From a virus (taxonomy: Duplodnaviria; Caudoviricetes), in IMG/VR virus record IMGVR_UViG_3300014059_000005, positions 64,001 through 128,000 of that record: a stretch of DNA of 64,000 nt; one strand, given 5' to 3'. Of the stretch, positions 21,233-29,430 are shown one piece after another. The first letter of the stretch is position 1, and each line of letters opens with the position of its first letter. Made by a program: the position numbers and the translations under genes. Under the pieces are notes generated by a model that was given only the letters and a program-made list of their open reading frames with translations, did no database searches and was not told the origin of the DNA.

Positions 21233-21283
21233 TTCTCAATGTCTTGATTCCAATGTCCTGATTGTGGTCCACGGGAGAGATCC

Positions 21284-22576
21284 ATGCCTTCGGTGTTCTG
21301 GGGCAGACACATTGGCTACACCGAAGTGGAGGTCGATGGTGAGCTTACCGTCGTCCCCCAGGTGGAGGAATTACCGTTTGGTAACTGTGGCCTGGACAAG
21401 AGTTTGATCGGTGGTAGGCATGTCTCCTACACCCCTTATGATCCCGCCTTTATCGTCCCGATGGGTGTGCCCATTGTCGCTACACCCCTGGACTGTTGCG
21501 AGTCGATCTCCAAGGAGGATCCGCAGACCGAATGCTTCCTGGGCCTGGGCACCGCCTACGACAAGATGGTGGCGATGACCCTGAACGTGGAGAATTGCTA
21601 CGAGGCTCAGAGGCAGAGGGTGTCATTCATCTTCAACGGCGGGACATGGCCTCCCTTCGTCATCAACCCGGCATGTACCCCGCTCAACTATCCAGGAGCG
21701 GGGTACTGGGTGGGTGGTATGACGTTACGCGGTGGCGATGTGACATTCATCATCTCCTGCGAGCCAGGAGTAGGACCTGAATTCATACCCAACTTCCGTC
21801 TGTCCTGGACGGGATGCGATGAGGGTTGTGCAGAGGCCATCCCTGATTGTCTGGACCCACTACTCATCAACTTTGGCAACATAACACTCAGCAACTGCTG
21901 TGGCTGTCCTGATAGCACTGCCTCGGGGACGATCAACGCCTACATCTCCAGTGGTTGCAAGCAGACGGTGTTCGCCCGACACGTCAGTTACAACCGCCAG
22001 GGAGTTCCGATCGTTGCCAAGACCAGTAGTTGTCTATACAACGCCGAGCCCGTCGAGAGTTGTACGCTGGCCCAGTGTGGTCTGATCGCCACCATCGACT
22101 CGTCGGATGAATGTGCCTGCATGAGTGGTATCCATGTCCTGGAGTGGCTGCTCATCCGCTGGGAATCCCTTACCACCATGTGCGGTAACTCAGCTACCAT
22201 CCACCTGGACTGTACCGATCTGGGGATAATCGATCATGTTTCCTATGTGCAACTGGACCTGTCGATCGTCTGCGGTGCCGACACCACAGGGGGTGCATCG
22301 ATGGTGATTCCGGCCCTCGACCTGGTGAACCTGGACGTGACGTTCGAGGATGTTCCCATTTCGGGTCCGGGGTCTGGGTGCGCAGGGAACTGTCAGTGGC
22401 AGTGGGCTGAGATGCCCATGACCTGGTCGCAGATCACCTTTTGCTCTGGTGGCTGCTCCTGTGCCGAGCCCAGCTTCCCAGGAACGGTGGACGGGCAAAT
22501 CGCCTACACCAACTGCACAGGTGCTAGCACCGCCTGTTGCAATGGCTATATCGATGTGAGGATCACAAGAGAATGA
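21284..22576 (+). CDS. Cysteine-rich virion-associated protein
   Basis: Many CC/CxC pairs; internal repeat 'VF..RH..Y....VPIVA....C'. Confidence 0.55.
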   Translation: MPSVFWGRHIGYTEVEVDGELTVVPQVEELPFGNCGLDKSLIGGRHVSYTPYDPAFIVPMGVPIVATPLDCCESISKEDPQTECFLGLGTAYDKMVAMTLNVENCYEAQRQRVSFIFNGGTWPPFVINPACTPLNYPGAGYWVGGMTLRGGDVTFIISCEPGVGPEFIPNFRLSWTGCDEGCAEAIPDCLDPLLINFGNITLSNCCGCPDSTASGTINAYISSGCKQTVFARHVSYNRQGVPIVAKTSSCLYNAEPVESCTLAQCGLIATIDSSDECACMSGIHVLEWLLIRWESLTTMCGNSATIHLDCTDLGIIDHVSYVQLDLSIVCGADTTGGASMVIPALDLVNLDVTFEDVPISGPGSGCAGNCQWQWAEMPMTWSQITFCSGGCSCAEPSFPGTVDGQIAYTNCTGASTACCNGYIDVRITRE

Positions 22577-23199
22577 GCACCAGTAAACAACATGAGGGCC
22601 TGGCCAGTCAGCCGAATCACGACTTTCGGCCTGAGCCTCCTTGCGAGTGCCCCGGACCTGGATTCTGCCAGCGATATCAGATCAAGCAGTTCGACCACCA
22701 CTGGCGACTGTGCTCGGGTAACTGTCTGCCGGAGCGCCCCTGCACCGAGGCGGTCTCCCAGGCCATGCGGCGGCAATGGCGAAAGAAACTGGAGGCCAAA
22801 CTCAAGGGCACCCCTGGACCCAACATTCTTACCAAGATCGCCAACCTTACCAGGGCTGTCACCCGGGGCGTGGCCAAGAACGGAGCCAGGGTCTTCCAGA
22901 AGGTCCCCCTGGAGGTCTATGAGGAGCGTAGACGGATCTGCGACTCTTGCGATGCCCGGAACCCAGAGAAAGATATTTGTACTCATCCCAAATGTGGTTG
23001 TGGTCTCAAGAGAAGGTTGGTGGCTGGAACATTATCCATGCTCGGCAAGCTAGAGGTATCGACGGAAAAGTGCCCCATGTTAAAATGGACGGAGTATACG
23101 GGACCCACGGAAACGGAGACCTTGCCAGGATCCCTGCCTGTGATCCCAGCCCCACCCAATACCCCGACCGAAACTCCACCGGAGACAGGACGTGCCTAG
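22573..23199 (+). CDS. Cys-rich (Zn-binding) hypothetical protein
   Basis: CECPGPGFC, 'RR.IC..C.....C..CGC......K.....CP...W'. Confidence 0.55.
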   Translation: MSTSKQHEGLASQPNHDFRPEPPCECPGPGFCQRYQIKQFDHHWRLCSGNCLPERPCTEAVSQAMRRQWRKKLEAKLKGTPGPNILTKIANLTRAVTRGVAKNGARVFQKVPLEVYEERRRICDSCDARNPEKDICTHPKCGCGLKRRLVAGTLSMLGKLEVSTEKCPMLKWTEYTGPTETETLPGSLPVIPAPPNTPTETPPETGRA

Positions 23200-23524
23200 C
23201 TACAGCGATTTCAGCATGGGGTACGTCGATGGCTCGCTCACCGTGGGCCTGTCTCCCCCGGACAATATCCAGGGGTGGTCGATCCGCTTCTCCATGATGA
23301 AGCGCAATGGCGGGACACCGTTTCTCTACGCCTATGCCGCTAGTGGCTACAACAACGTCTCCGGTATCCAGATCACGAATTTCACAATCGGTACGATGGT
23401 GGTCTCTCTACCTCAATCCTCGGTCTCGGGGCAAGATCCCGGGGCCTACTACTATGTCCTGGAACGAACCGACTCGGGTAGCGCAGGCCCATTGGTCCAG
23501 GGCTATCGGGTGATGTGGCCATGA
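23192..23524 (+). CDS. Small beta-sandwich protein (BppU-N-like)
   Basis: 'I.ITN...G...V.L........PG.YYY' pattern. Confidence 0.4.
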   Translation: MPSYSDFSMGYVDGSLTVGLSPPDNIQGWSIRFSMMKRNGGTPFLYAYAASGYNNVSGIQITNFTIGTMVVSLPQSSVSGQDPGAYYYVLERTDSGSAGPLVQGYRVMWP

Positions 23525-23838
23525 CCAGCGATGAATGGATCAGGTCTGGTGACTGGCAGGAGGTCAAGAGCACCAACGTCAAGGCGTACCGCTACCTTCG
23601 CAGGGAACGGATGCTCCAGGTTCAGTTCCTGGGGACCGCCAAGAAGATCCGGGAGCCGGTCTACAAGGTTCACGATGTCACCGACATGGTAGCCAGGACG
23701 TTCTTCCTGGTGGATAGCAAGGGGAAGTTCTATGCTCGGTACATCAAGGATTCCTACCACGTCACCGGGCCATTCCACTCACTACTACGAACCCTGGCGA
23801 TCGATACCCATAAGTTGTTCGAGCAGGAAGATTTCTAG
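23521..23838 (+). CDS. KTSC domain protein
   Basis: 'V.STNVKAYRY.....L.V.F.....Y....V........DSKGKFY...IK..Y'. Confidence 0.8.
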   Translation: MTSDEWIRSGDWQEVKSTNVKAYRYLRRERMLQVQFLGTAKKIREPVYKVHDVTDMVARTFFLVDSKGKFYARYIKDSYHVTGPFHSLLRTLAIDTHKLFEQEDF

Positions 23839-23867
23839 GAAGGAGAAAGGATCACGGATAGGACTTT

Positions 23868-24122
23868 TCATGGTGATGTGGGCGTGCTAGATTGTGAGGG
23901 GTTGAAAGGGGATAAGGGGCTGGGATCTTCGGGTCCTGGCCCCTTATTATTTGTCTTTCTGAGGACAAGACGAAATCCGTAGTAGTCGGAGAGTGCCCTT
24001 GACACATTGTAGTTGCGATAGCAAGAGTAGGCGTTCGATGGTTGATAGGATAACGCACCGCCTCGGAGCAACCGGAACGGTCTCTGAGTGAGAATCGGTT
24101 TGGGTCTTGCGATAAGGATCAT
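23868..24122 (-). CDS. CLec/FGE C-terminal mini-cassette C1 (diverged, extended tail)
   Basis: MILIARPKPI...RLLRGG...YGFRLVLRK. Confidence 0.75.
   Translation of the reverse strand: MILIARPKPILTQRPFRLLRGGALSYQPSNAYSCYRNYNVSRALSDYYGFRLVLRKTNNKGPGPEDPSPLSPFNPSQSSTPTSP
23912..23955 (+). terminator. Terminator at the convergence of the late (+) and replication (-) arms
   Basis: ATAAGGGGCTGGGATC-TTCG-GGTCCTGGCCCCTTAT (cUUCGg loop) followed by a T-rich tail. Confidence 0.8.
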
Positions 24123-24295
24123 GGTATTCTCTTGCGGAGAATTATCCGGAAGCCCAAGAAGTCGATCCGGTCCGTAGGCCCGGCCCAGTCACGGTTCGCC
24201 GACCGACAAGATAGACTGCGGTAGTACCAGCCACCGCCCTGTAGCACCCGGTAGGAGCCATCGATGATCGGTCTAGATCTAGCAATCAGGATCAT
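24119..24295 (-). CDS. Mini-cassette C2
   Basis: Hand translation MILIARSRPIIDGSYRVLQGGGWYYRSLSCRSANRDWAGPTDRIDFLGFRIILRKRIP; ATGA overlaps at both ends. Confidence 0.85.
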   Translation of the reverse strand: MILIARSRPIIDGSYRVLQGGGWYYRSLSCRSANRDWAGPTDRIDFLGFRIILRKRIP

Positions 24296-24483
24296 TTATC
24301 CCTCTTTCTGAGGATTACTCGAAAGCCCAGACCACCACAGCGAAAACTTTCCGGGTTCCAGATTCTATGCCACGAACTGGATCGCCAGACCATGCTCTGG
24401 AAGCCGCCACCTCGGATGGTATGGGAAACACACTGGGAAGCGATCAGGGACACCAGGGTCCCTGATCGCTTCACCAGAATCAC
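24292..24483 (-). CDS. Mini-cassette C3 (directly after FGE core; contains hairpin)
   Basis: GTG start overlaps the core stop; ...IRGGGF...LGFRVILRKRDK. Confidence 0.75.
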   Translation of the reverse strand: MILVKRSGTLVSLIASQCVSHTIRGGGFQSMVWRSSSWHRIWNPESFRCGGLGFRVILRKRDK

Positions 24484-25298
24484 TGGGAGCCTCCGGACTC
24501 TCCAGACTCCCGAAGGGCCTTTTCTGCCGCCTCGACTTCCTTTTTGTACCTCTGGGCATCATAGAGGCAGGCACACCACTCCCAGACGTTGCCGTGCATG
24601 TCGTAGAGGCCAAAGGCATTACAGGGATAGGATCCCACCGGGGTGGTCCGGTTGATCTTCTCATCGAAGTTGGCCATGTCGTGGGTCAGAGTGCTGCCAA
24701 AGGTGTAGGCGCTCCGGGTGCCGCCTCGACAGGAATACTCCCACTCGTACTCGGTGGGTAGTTCGTAGTAGTATCCCTTGGCGATCTCCTCGGGCAGTTC
24801 GGAGAGTTTCTTGCAATACTCCTGGGCGTCGTGCCAGGACACATTTTCCACGGGGTGGCCGGGGTGCTTGAAGGACGTGGATGGATTGGTGCTCATCACC
24901 TTCTCCCACTCCCTCTGGGTAACGGGAAAGGTCCCCATGTACAGACCTTCCATCTGCACCAGGTGCTGGGGACCTTCATCGGAATGACGATGGGGCTCAC
25001 TGTCCGGAGAGCCCATGACATTGATGCCGGGAGGAGTGACCTTGAATTCCATGCCGATCGAGTTGACGATCCTTGGCATGACCACCGGGACCTTTTCCAG
25101 GAGCATGGCCTGGATCTGCTTCTCCACCTCGGGATCGTAGGAATCCGGATCGAGTTGGTTCAGGGTCATCCGTAGGAGTCGTGCGGATTGCTCCCGACCT
25201 TCTTCGATCAGGGCATCGGTGAGGGCAAACCACCCCGTGGTGTCATTGGGGTCGATGGTGAGAGCGTGCAGGATCGAATCGGTGTCGGTGAAGGCCAT
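24480..25298 (-). CDS. TIGR02996-like domain + C-terminally truncated FGE-sulfatase/CLec 'core' protein
   Basis: '..PND...W..L.DAL.E.G'; FGE motifs 'NSIGMEF', 'MGSP..E', 'EGPQH', 'PVTQ..W', 'PVENVSW.DA..YC..L', 'LPTEYEWEY.CRGG', 'N.FGLYDMHGNVWEWC'; lacks RGGSW...GFR; AAGGAAAG RBS. Confidence 0.88.
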   Translation of the reverse strand: MAFTDTDSILHALTIDPNDTTGWFALTDALIEEGREQSARLLRMTLNQLDPDSYDPEVEKQIQAMLLEKVPVVMPRIVNSIGMEFKVTPPGINVMGSPDSEPHRHSDEGPQHLVQMEGLYMGTFPVTQREWEKVMSTNPSTSFKHPGHPVENVSWHDAQEYCKKLSELPEEIAKGYYYELPTEYEWEYSCRGGTRSAYTFGSTLTHDMANFDEKINRTTPVGSYPCNAFGLYDMHGNVWEWCACLYDAQRYKKEVEAAEKALRESGESGGSQ

Positions 25299-25487
25299 AG
25301 TGGACTTTCCTTGTGTAAGGGACTTACGGAGAACACGAAAACCAAAGAAGTTGTACCAGTTTGCTGGTTCACAGGCGTTTCGGTACGTCAACCGGCAATA
25401 CATCGCAAGAGATAGCCAGCAACCACCTCGAAATATCCGATATGGGGAATCGGGGTATGTTGTTCGCAAGGTAGTGGTGAGAATCAT
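25299..25487 (-). CDS. Mini-cassette C4, with no stop codon, reading in frame into the FGE core
   Basis: MILTTTLRTTYPDSPYRIFRGGCWLSLAMYCRLTYRNACEPANWYNFFGFRVLRKSLTQGKST-MAFTD. Confidence 0.7.
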
Positions 25488-25663
25488 TTCTCTTTTTTCT
25501 TTCTGAGAGCAACCCGGAAGCCCATGTCGTTGTATCGTAATGTTGGTCTGTACCCGATGCGGTACGACGACCTGTAGTTCCGGCCGACGCAGCCCCAGCA
25601 ACCACCCCGGCTCATCCAGAGGGAACCCTGAATGATCGGCCCAGGTTTAGCAATGAGGATCAT
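25484..25663 (-). CDS. Mini-cassette C5
   Basis: MILIAKPGPIIQGSLWMSRGGCWGCVGRNYRSSYRIGYRPTLRYNDMGFRVALRKKKEK. Confidence 0.85.
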   Translation of the reverse strand: MILIAKPGPIIQGSLWMSRGGCWGCVGRNYRSSYRIGYRPTLRYNDMGFRVALRKKKEK

Positions 25664-25836
25664 CAGCCCCTCTTTCTGAGGATTGCCCGGAAGCCCAGGA
25701 GGTTGTCCCGGAGCATCGGCACGAGCCTGAGGCAGCGTGCCGACCGGCAGTTCTGGCCGGGGCTGTACCAGCAGCCGCCCCGGATCACCTGGAAGGAGCC
25801 CTGGAGGATCGGTCCAGGTCTAGCGATCAGGATCAT
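25663..25836 (-). CDS. Mini-cassette C6
   Basis: MILIARPGPILQGSFQVIRGGCWYSPGQNCRSARCLRLVPMLRDNLLGFRAILRKRG. Confidence 0.85.
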   Translation of the reverse strand: MILIARPGPILQGSFQVIRGGCWYSPGQNCRSARCLRLVPMLRDNLLGFRAILRKRG

Positions 25837-26009
25837 CTCGACCTCTTTCTCAGGATCACCCGGAAGCCCAGATCGTGGTCCCGTTTCGGCGGCACGACCC
25901 TGCGGCGGTCCGCCGACCGGCAGTACAGGCCGTGACCGTTCCAGCAGCCGCCCCGGAACACCCGGTAGGAGCCCTGAATAATTGATTTAGGTTTAGCAAT
26001 CAGGATCAT
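25833..26009 (-). CDS. Mini-cassette C7
   Basis: MILIAKPKSIIQGSYRVFRGGCWNGHGLYCRSADRRRVVPPKRDHDLGFRVILRKRSR. Confidence 0.85.
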   Translation of the reverse strand: MILIAKPKSIIQGSYRVFRGGCWNGHGLYCRSADRRRVVPPKRDHDLGFRVILRKRSR

Positions 26010-26191
26010 TTCGATCTCTTTCTGAGGATTGCTCGGAATCCCAGGCCGTTTTCCCGATACGTTGGTGTATACCTGTGGCGGTACACCGACCGGCAGAACT
26101 GGCCGATGTTGACCCAGCAACCACCCCGGATCGTCTGGAACACCCGGTAGGAGCCCAGGGTGATTGATCCAGGTTTAGCAATCCGGATCAT
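26006..26191 (-). CDS. Mini-cassette C8
   Basis: MIRIAKPGSITLGSYRVFQTIRGGCWVNIGQFCRSVYR...LGFRAILRKRSK. Confidence 0.85.
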   Translation of the reverse strand: MIRIAKPGSITLGSYRVFQTIRGGCWVNIGQFCRSVYRHRYTPTYRENGLGFRAILRKRSK

Positions 26192-26373
26192 TAGCCTCTC
26201 TTTCTGAGGATTACCCGGAAGCCCAGATCGTCGTACCGGAACGCTGGTCTGTATCCGATGCGGTACGACGACCTATAGTTCTCGCCGACGCAGGCCCAAC
26301 TACCGCCCCGGATCGCCCAGATCACCCAGTGGGAGCCCAGGGTGATAGGTCTAGGTCTAGCAATCAGGATCAT
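26191..26373 (-). CDS. Mini-cassette C9 (first gene after promoter P1)
   Basis: MILIARPRPITLGSHWVIWAIRGGSWACVGENYRSSYRIGYRPAFRYDDLGFRVILRKRG; GAGGAG RBS. Confidence 0.85.
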   Translation of the reverse strand: MILIARPRPITLGSHWVIWAIRGGSWACVGENYRSSYRIGYRPAFRYDDLGFRVILRKRG

Positions 26374-26403
26374 TTGTCTCTCCTCTTTCCTTGCTGTGTC
26401 ACA

Positions 26404-26431
26404 ACTATGCACCAGGAATTCGGAAAGTCAA
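26404..26431 (-). promoter_or_regulatory. Conserved sigma70-like promoter P1 driving the cassette/FGE-core operon
   Basis: TTGACT-N16-CATAGT; the same architecture occurs at five other sites. Confidence 0.7.
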
Positions 26432-26450
26432 ATGAAAATGAAGAGTTCGG

Positions 26451-26780
26451 CTACAGCTTCCTGCGGTTGCGAAGTTCCGCATCCCCACCACAGAAGCGGC
26501 ACAGCTTGTGCTTCGTGGCGCAATTGGTACAGAGCACATCCACACAGGTGTTGCCATAGTGCATCTCCGTCTTGCACATTCCACACAGGGCTACGGTACA
26601 CATGGCACCACCGATACGGCCCCGCATGTAGTGGCAAACCCGGCACATGCATTTCTTCTTGCGGATCTCCAGATCGGGATCTTCGTAGCACTTTTTGACA
26701 GAATCGTAATATGCCTGTGAATAATTCGTCGCTCTCAAAACGGCACAGAGATCCCAGGGTTTGTAGATTGGCTCTCGCAT
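26451..26780 (-). CDS. Cys-rich Zn-finger hypothetical protein
   Basis: Several CxxC pairs (CRVC, CGMC, CTNC, CRFC). Confidence 0.6.
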   Translation of the reverse strand: MREPIYKPWDLCAVLRATNYSQAYYDSVKKCYEDPDLEIRKKKCMCRVCHYMRGRIGGAMCTVALCGMCKTEMHYGNTCVDVLCTNCATKHKLCRFCGGDAELRNRRKL

Positions 26781-27382
26781 GATAATAAACTCTTGCGAAT
26801 CTTGTTCAGGGCGTTGACATGGGACTGACTCACTGCTGATCGGGACACTCCCAGGCCATCGGCAATGTCGCACAGCCGTCTACCCTTGAGGTAGTGTTCT
26901 TCCAGTACGAATCGCTGATAGGGCTTCAGGACGGACAGGAGGGACTCACAAAGATCGGCATCGTCCAGGGTTCGCTTCCAGGAGCAATCGATGACAGGGA
27001 GGGCCTTGGGGTCATAGGGGACTCGGGTGGGCAATGGATAGACGACCTTGGCCTCGAAACTGCTCTTGCTCATGGGATGGTGTAGACTGCGAATATATCG
27101 CTGTATCTGGTTGCGGACACTCCTCCAGGCGTAAGTGCCGAAGCGGACCCCATGCCTGGAGTCATAGTTCCTGGCACATCTCCAGAGTGCCACATCCGCT
27201 ACCTGGACCAGTTCCTCGTAATCGAAGCACATCCCCAGGAATCTACCGTATTGGAGTGCCTTCTTGGCCAGGATTCTGGAGACTCCACGGTTCTCGGACC
27301 AGAGTAGTTCGATCCGGAGTCTCTCTTCTTCGGCGGACTTGCTCGTGGATTCTTTCGTGGACTTGCTCGTGGATTTGCTCAT
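26735..27382 (-). CDS. Sigma-70 family RNA polymerase sigma factor 1
   Basis: 'EELVQ.A..ALW.....YD...G..F.TYA' region 2; 'L...QR.V....Y..G.....IA..LGVS...VSQ....AL.KIR' region 4. Confidence 0.85.
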   Translation of the reverse strand: MSKSTSKSTKESTSKSAEEERLRIELLWSENRGVSRILAKKALQYGRFLGMCFDYEELVQVADVALWRCARNYDSRHGVRFGTYAWRSVRNQIQRYIRSLHHPMSKSSFEAKVVYPLPTRVPYDPKALPVIDCSWKRTLDDADLCESLLSVLKPYQRFVLEEHYLKGRRLCDIADGLGVSRSAVSQSHVNALNKIRKSLLSCESQSTNPGISVPF

Positions 27383-27401
27383 GACCGTGTACCCGAATCC
27401 C

Positions 27402-27434
27402 AAAGAGAGGGGGACACAACCGCCCCCTCTCTTT
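27402..27434 (-). terminator. Hairpin terminator
   Basis: AAAGAGAGGGGG...CCCCCTCTCTTT 12-bp inverted repeat. Confidence 0.6.
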
Positions 27435-27442
27435 CGCGAAGG

Positions 27443-27625
27443 TCACTTCTTGCTGGGTTTGGGTGCCAGTAACTTGGCGAGCAATTCCAGGGCCTTGTGT
27501 GTGGGCAATTCGGACAGGATCTTCCAGGATACGGCGTGGACTCGGGACACGTCCGCCACACCGATCTTGGTCTTCTCGGTGTCCACCTCGCTGGCCACGG
27601 CATTCTTGAACTCGGTCGGGGTCAT
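27443..27625 (-). CDS. Small basic protein
   Basis: 60 aa; ATGA-coupled; followed by the terminator. Confidence 0.55.
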   Translation of the reverse strand: MTPTEFKNAVASEVDTEKTKIGVADVSRVHAVSWKILSELPTHKALELLAKLLAPKPSKK

Positions 27626-28272
27626 CGGTCTATCTCGTGAGATTCAGAAGATATCTCCGGGGTCACATATTCGGTCCCGGAGTCCACAGGTCGGGTACGG
27701 ACCACGCTGCCCGTTACCAGCCTACGATTGTGGGTCACGAACAGGATCTGGAGTCCTAATTCTCTGGAGAGAGTCTCCAGGAGGAACCTCACTCGATCCT
27801 GGTATTCCTCGGAGACGAAGCGAAAGGGCTCGTCCAGGGCCAGGAATGTTCGTCTCCTGGTTCTGGATAATAACAGACAGGCCAGCCTCAGGGCAAAGGC
27901 ACTGACATCGATTACACCACCTCCACAGGACCCCAAGGGGTCCTCGACCTCTCTACCATGATCGAGAAGGGTGAGTGTAGCCTCGGTGCGGCCACGCTTG
28001 TCCTCGAAATCGATTCGCAGGGAATAGGTATCCTTGCCGAATACTGCTTCCAGGCATCTGGAGGCTATCTCGGAGACTCTACCGTGGCAGGCCTCCTGAA
28101 CCTGAACCGCAACTTCCTGGGCGATGGAGAGAGACTTTTTCAGGTGTTCCTGCTCCTGGATCAATTCCTGGGATCTGGAGGACTCACTGGAAGTATTCTT
28201 GATGGCAACCTGGTATTCCATCAGGAGAGGTCGCAATTGATTCCGATAACGATCCAGGGCGGTAGGCGTCAT
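27622..28272 (-). CDS. SbcC/Rad50-like ATPase, C-terminal half
   Basis: Signature 'CGGG', 'FALRL', Walker B 'LALDEPF', H-loop 'FVTH'. Confidence 0.85.
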   Translation of the reverse strand: MTPTALDRYRNQLRPLLMEYQVAIKNTSSESSRSQELIQEQEHLKKSLSIAQEVAVQVQEACHGRVSEIASRCLEAVFGKDTYSLRIDFEDKRGRTEATLTLLDHGREVEDPLGSCGGGVIDVSAFALRLACLLLSRTRRRTFLALDEPFRFVSEEYQDRVRFLLETLSRELGLQILFVTHNRRLVTGSVVRTRPVDSGTEYVTPEISSESHEIDR

Positions 28273-28445
28273 GAGGTTTTCTTTCTGAGGATTACCCGGA
28301 AGTCCAGATCGCTGAACCGGAACGTCGGCTCGAGCCTGCCACGGTACGCCGACCGGCAGTTCCGGCCGCTGCTGCTCCAGCCGCCGCCCTGGATCACCCG
28401 GCCAGAGCCCTGTAGGATCGGCCTAGGTCTAGCGATGAGGATCAT
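28269..28445 (-). CDS. Mini-cassette C10
   Basis: MILIARPRPILQGSGRVIQGGGWSSSGRNCRSAYRGRLEPTFRFSDLDFRVILRKKTS. Confidence 0.85.
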   Translation of the reverse strand: MILIARPRPILQGSGRVIQGGGWSSSGRNCRSAYRGRLEPTFRFSDLDFRVILRKKTS

Positions 28446-28618
28446 GGTGTTCTCTTTCTCAGGATTACCCGGAAGCCCAGGCCGTGGTTCCGAACCGCCG
28501 GCACGTACCTGTGGCAGCGTGCCGACCGGCAGTTCTGGCCGGGGCTGTACCAGCCACCGCCCCGGAACACTGAGAGGGAGCCCTGGATAATTGATCTAGG
28601 CCTAGCAATCAGGATCAT
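28442..28618 (-). CDS. Mini-cassette C11
   Basis: MILIARPRSIIQGSLSVFRGGGWYSPGQNCRSARCHRYVPAVRNHGLGFRVILRKRTP. Confidence 0.85.
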   Translation of the reverse strand: MILIARPRSIIQGSLSVFRGGGWYSPGQNCRSARCHRYVPAVRNHGLGFRVILRKRTP

Positions 28619-28791
28619 TTGTCTCTCTTTCTGAGGATTACTCGAAAGCCCCGGCTAAGATAGCGGAACGACGCAAAATATCTATAGCGGCGTGTCAATC
28701 CACAGGTCCCATAGCAGCTACGCCAACCACCACCCCGATACACTGGTTCATTTCCTTGAATGCCTGGTTTGGGTCTAACGATCTGGATCAT
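28615..28791 (-). CDS. Mini-cassette C12
   Basis: MIQIVRPKPGIQGNEPVYRGGGWRSCYGTCGLTRRYRYFASFRYLSRGFRVILRKRDK. Confidence 0.8.
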   Translation of the reverse strand: MIQIVRPKPGIQGNEPVYRGGGWRSCYGTCGLTRRYRYFASFRYLSRGFRVILRKRDK

Positions 28792-28862
28792 CTGTCTTTC
28801 TTTCTGAGGATTGCCCGGAAGGAGCCCCAGACAATCGGTCTGGGTTTGTTGATCCGGATCAT
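28788..28862 (-). CDS. 'Empty' mini-cassette C13 (variable region deleted in frame)
   Basis: MIRINKPRPIVWGSFRAILRKKDR; leader joined directly to tail. Confidence 0.75.
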   Translation of the reverse strand: MIRINKPRPIVWGSFRAILRKKDR

Positions 28863-29041
28863 TTCATATTCTTTTTCAGGATCAACCGCAATCCAAAGTT
28901 GTTGAACGTGGTTTGTGGAATGTACCCAACACGCCTGGCCGCTCGGCAGGGCCATTCATAGTTGAACCAGCCGGCCCCCCGAACCATGAGTTCTCGGCCC
29001 CGAAAGATCGGTCTAGGTCTAGCGATCAGGATCACGATCAT
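28859..29041 (-). CDS. Mini-cassette C14
   Basis: MIVILIARPRPIFRG...VRGAGWFNYEWPCRAARR...FGLRLILKK. Confidence 0.8.
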   Translation of the reverse strand: MIVILIARPRPIFRGRELMVRGAGWFNYEWPCRAARRVGYIPQTTFNNFGLRLILKKNMK

Positions 29042-29430
29042 TTCCCCCGAAGTCTGGGTCCATATTCTTCCTCGAACCTCTGATATTCATCATCGATCGA
29101 ATCTTGCTGATGTCGTAATTGCGCAGCAAGTCTCGTCAATTCCTCCCGGGCGTCCTCCAGGGAGTTACAACCGAACTGAGTTTTCAATCTACGAAGGACT
29201 TCCTGGAGGGCTCCCTGGACCCGATCTCTTTGTCGGGTTACGGTCTCTAGTTGCTCCTGGATAGCACGGTACTCCTCTACCGTGATCCGCTTCGTGGAGA
29301 CCCCCGGTCGATCGCCGTCAGGAGGATCTCCTCCACCCTGGGGTCTTCCGGTTGGATTCGCAGTCTTTGTCTCACGGCCTCCTGATACGACGGTGGTGCG
29401 TCGGGAGCCCTTTTCAGTGTTTCCAGACAT
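29038..29430 (-). CDS. Small coiled-coil protein (start uncertain, probably near 29290)
   Basis: Heptad-rich C-terminal part; within the sbcCD cluster. Confidence 0.5.
   Translation of the reverse strand: MSGNTEKGSRRTTVVSGGRETKTANPTGRPQGGGDPPDGDRPGVSTKRITVEEYRAIQEQLETVTRQRDRVQGALQEVLRRLKTQFGCNSLEDAREELTRLAAQLRHQQDSIDDEYQRFEEEYGPRLRGK

Noticed and set aside
21225-21283. ATG TCT TGA TTC CAA TGT... in frame with the Cys-rich gene (possible selenocysteine or read-through)
   Set aside because: It lies in a short degenerate tandem repeat (TCTTGATTC(T)CAATG), the downstream ATG has its own GGGAG RBS, and no SECIS is evident.
23868-29041. Cassette arrays as a CRISPR array
   Set aside because: The period is ~177 bp, repeats are degenerate and protein-coding, the 'spacers' are homologous to each other, and no cas genes are present.
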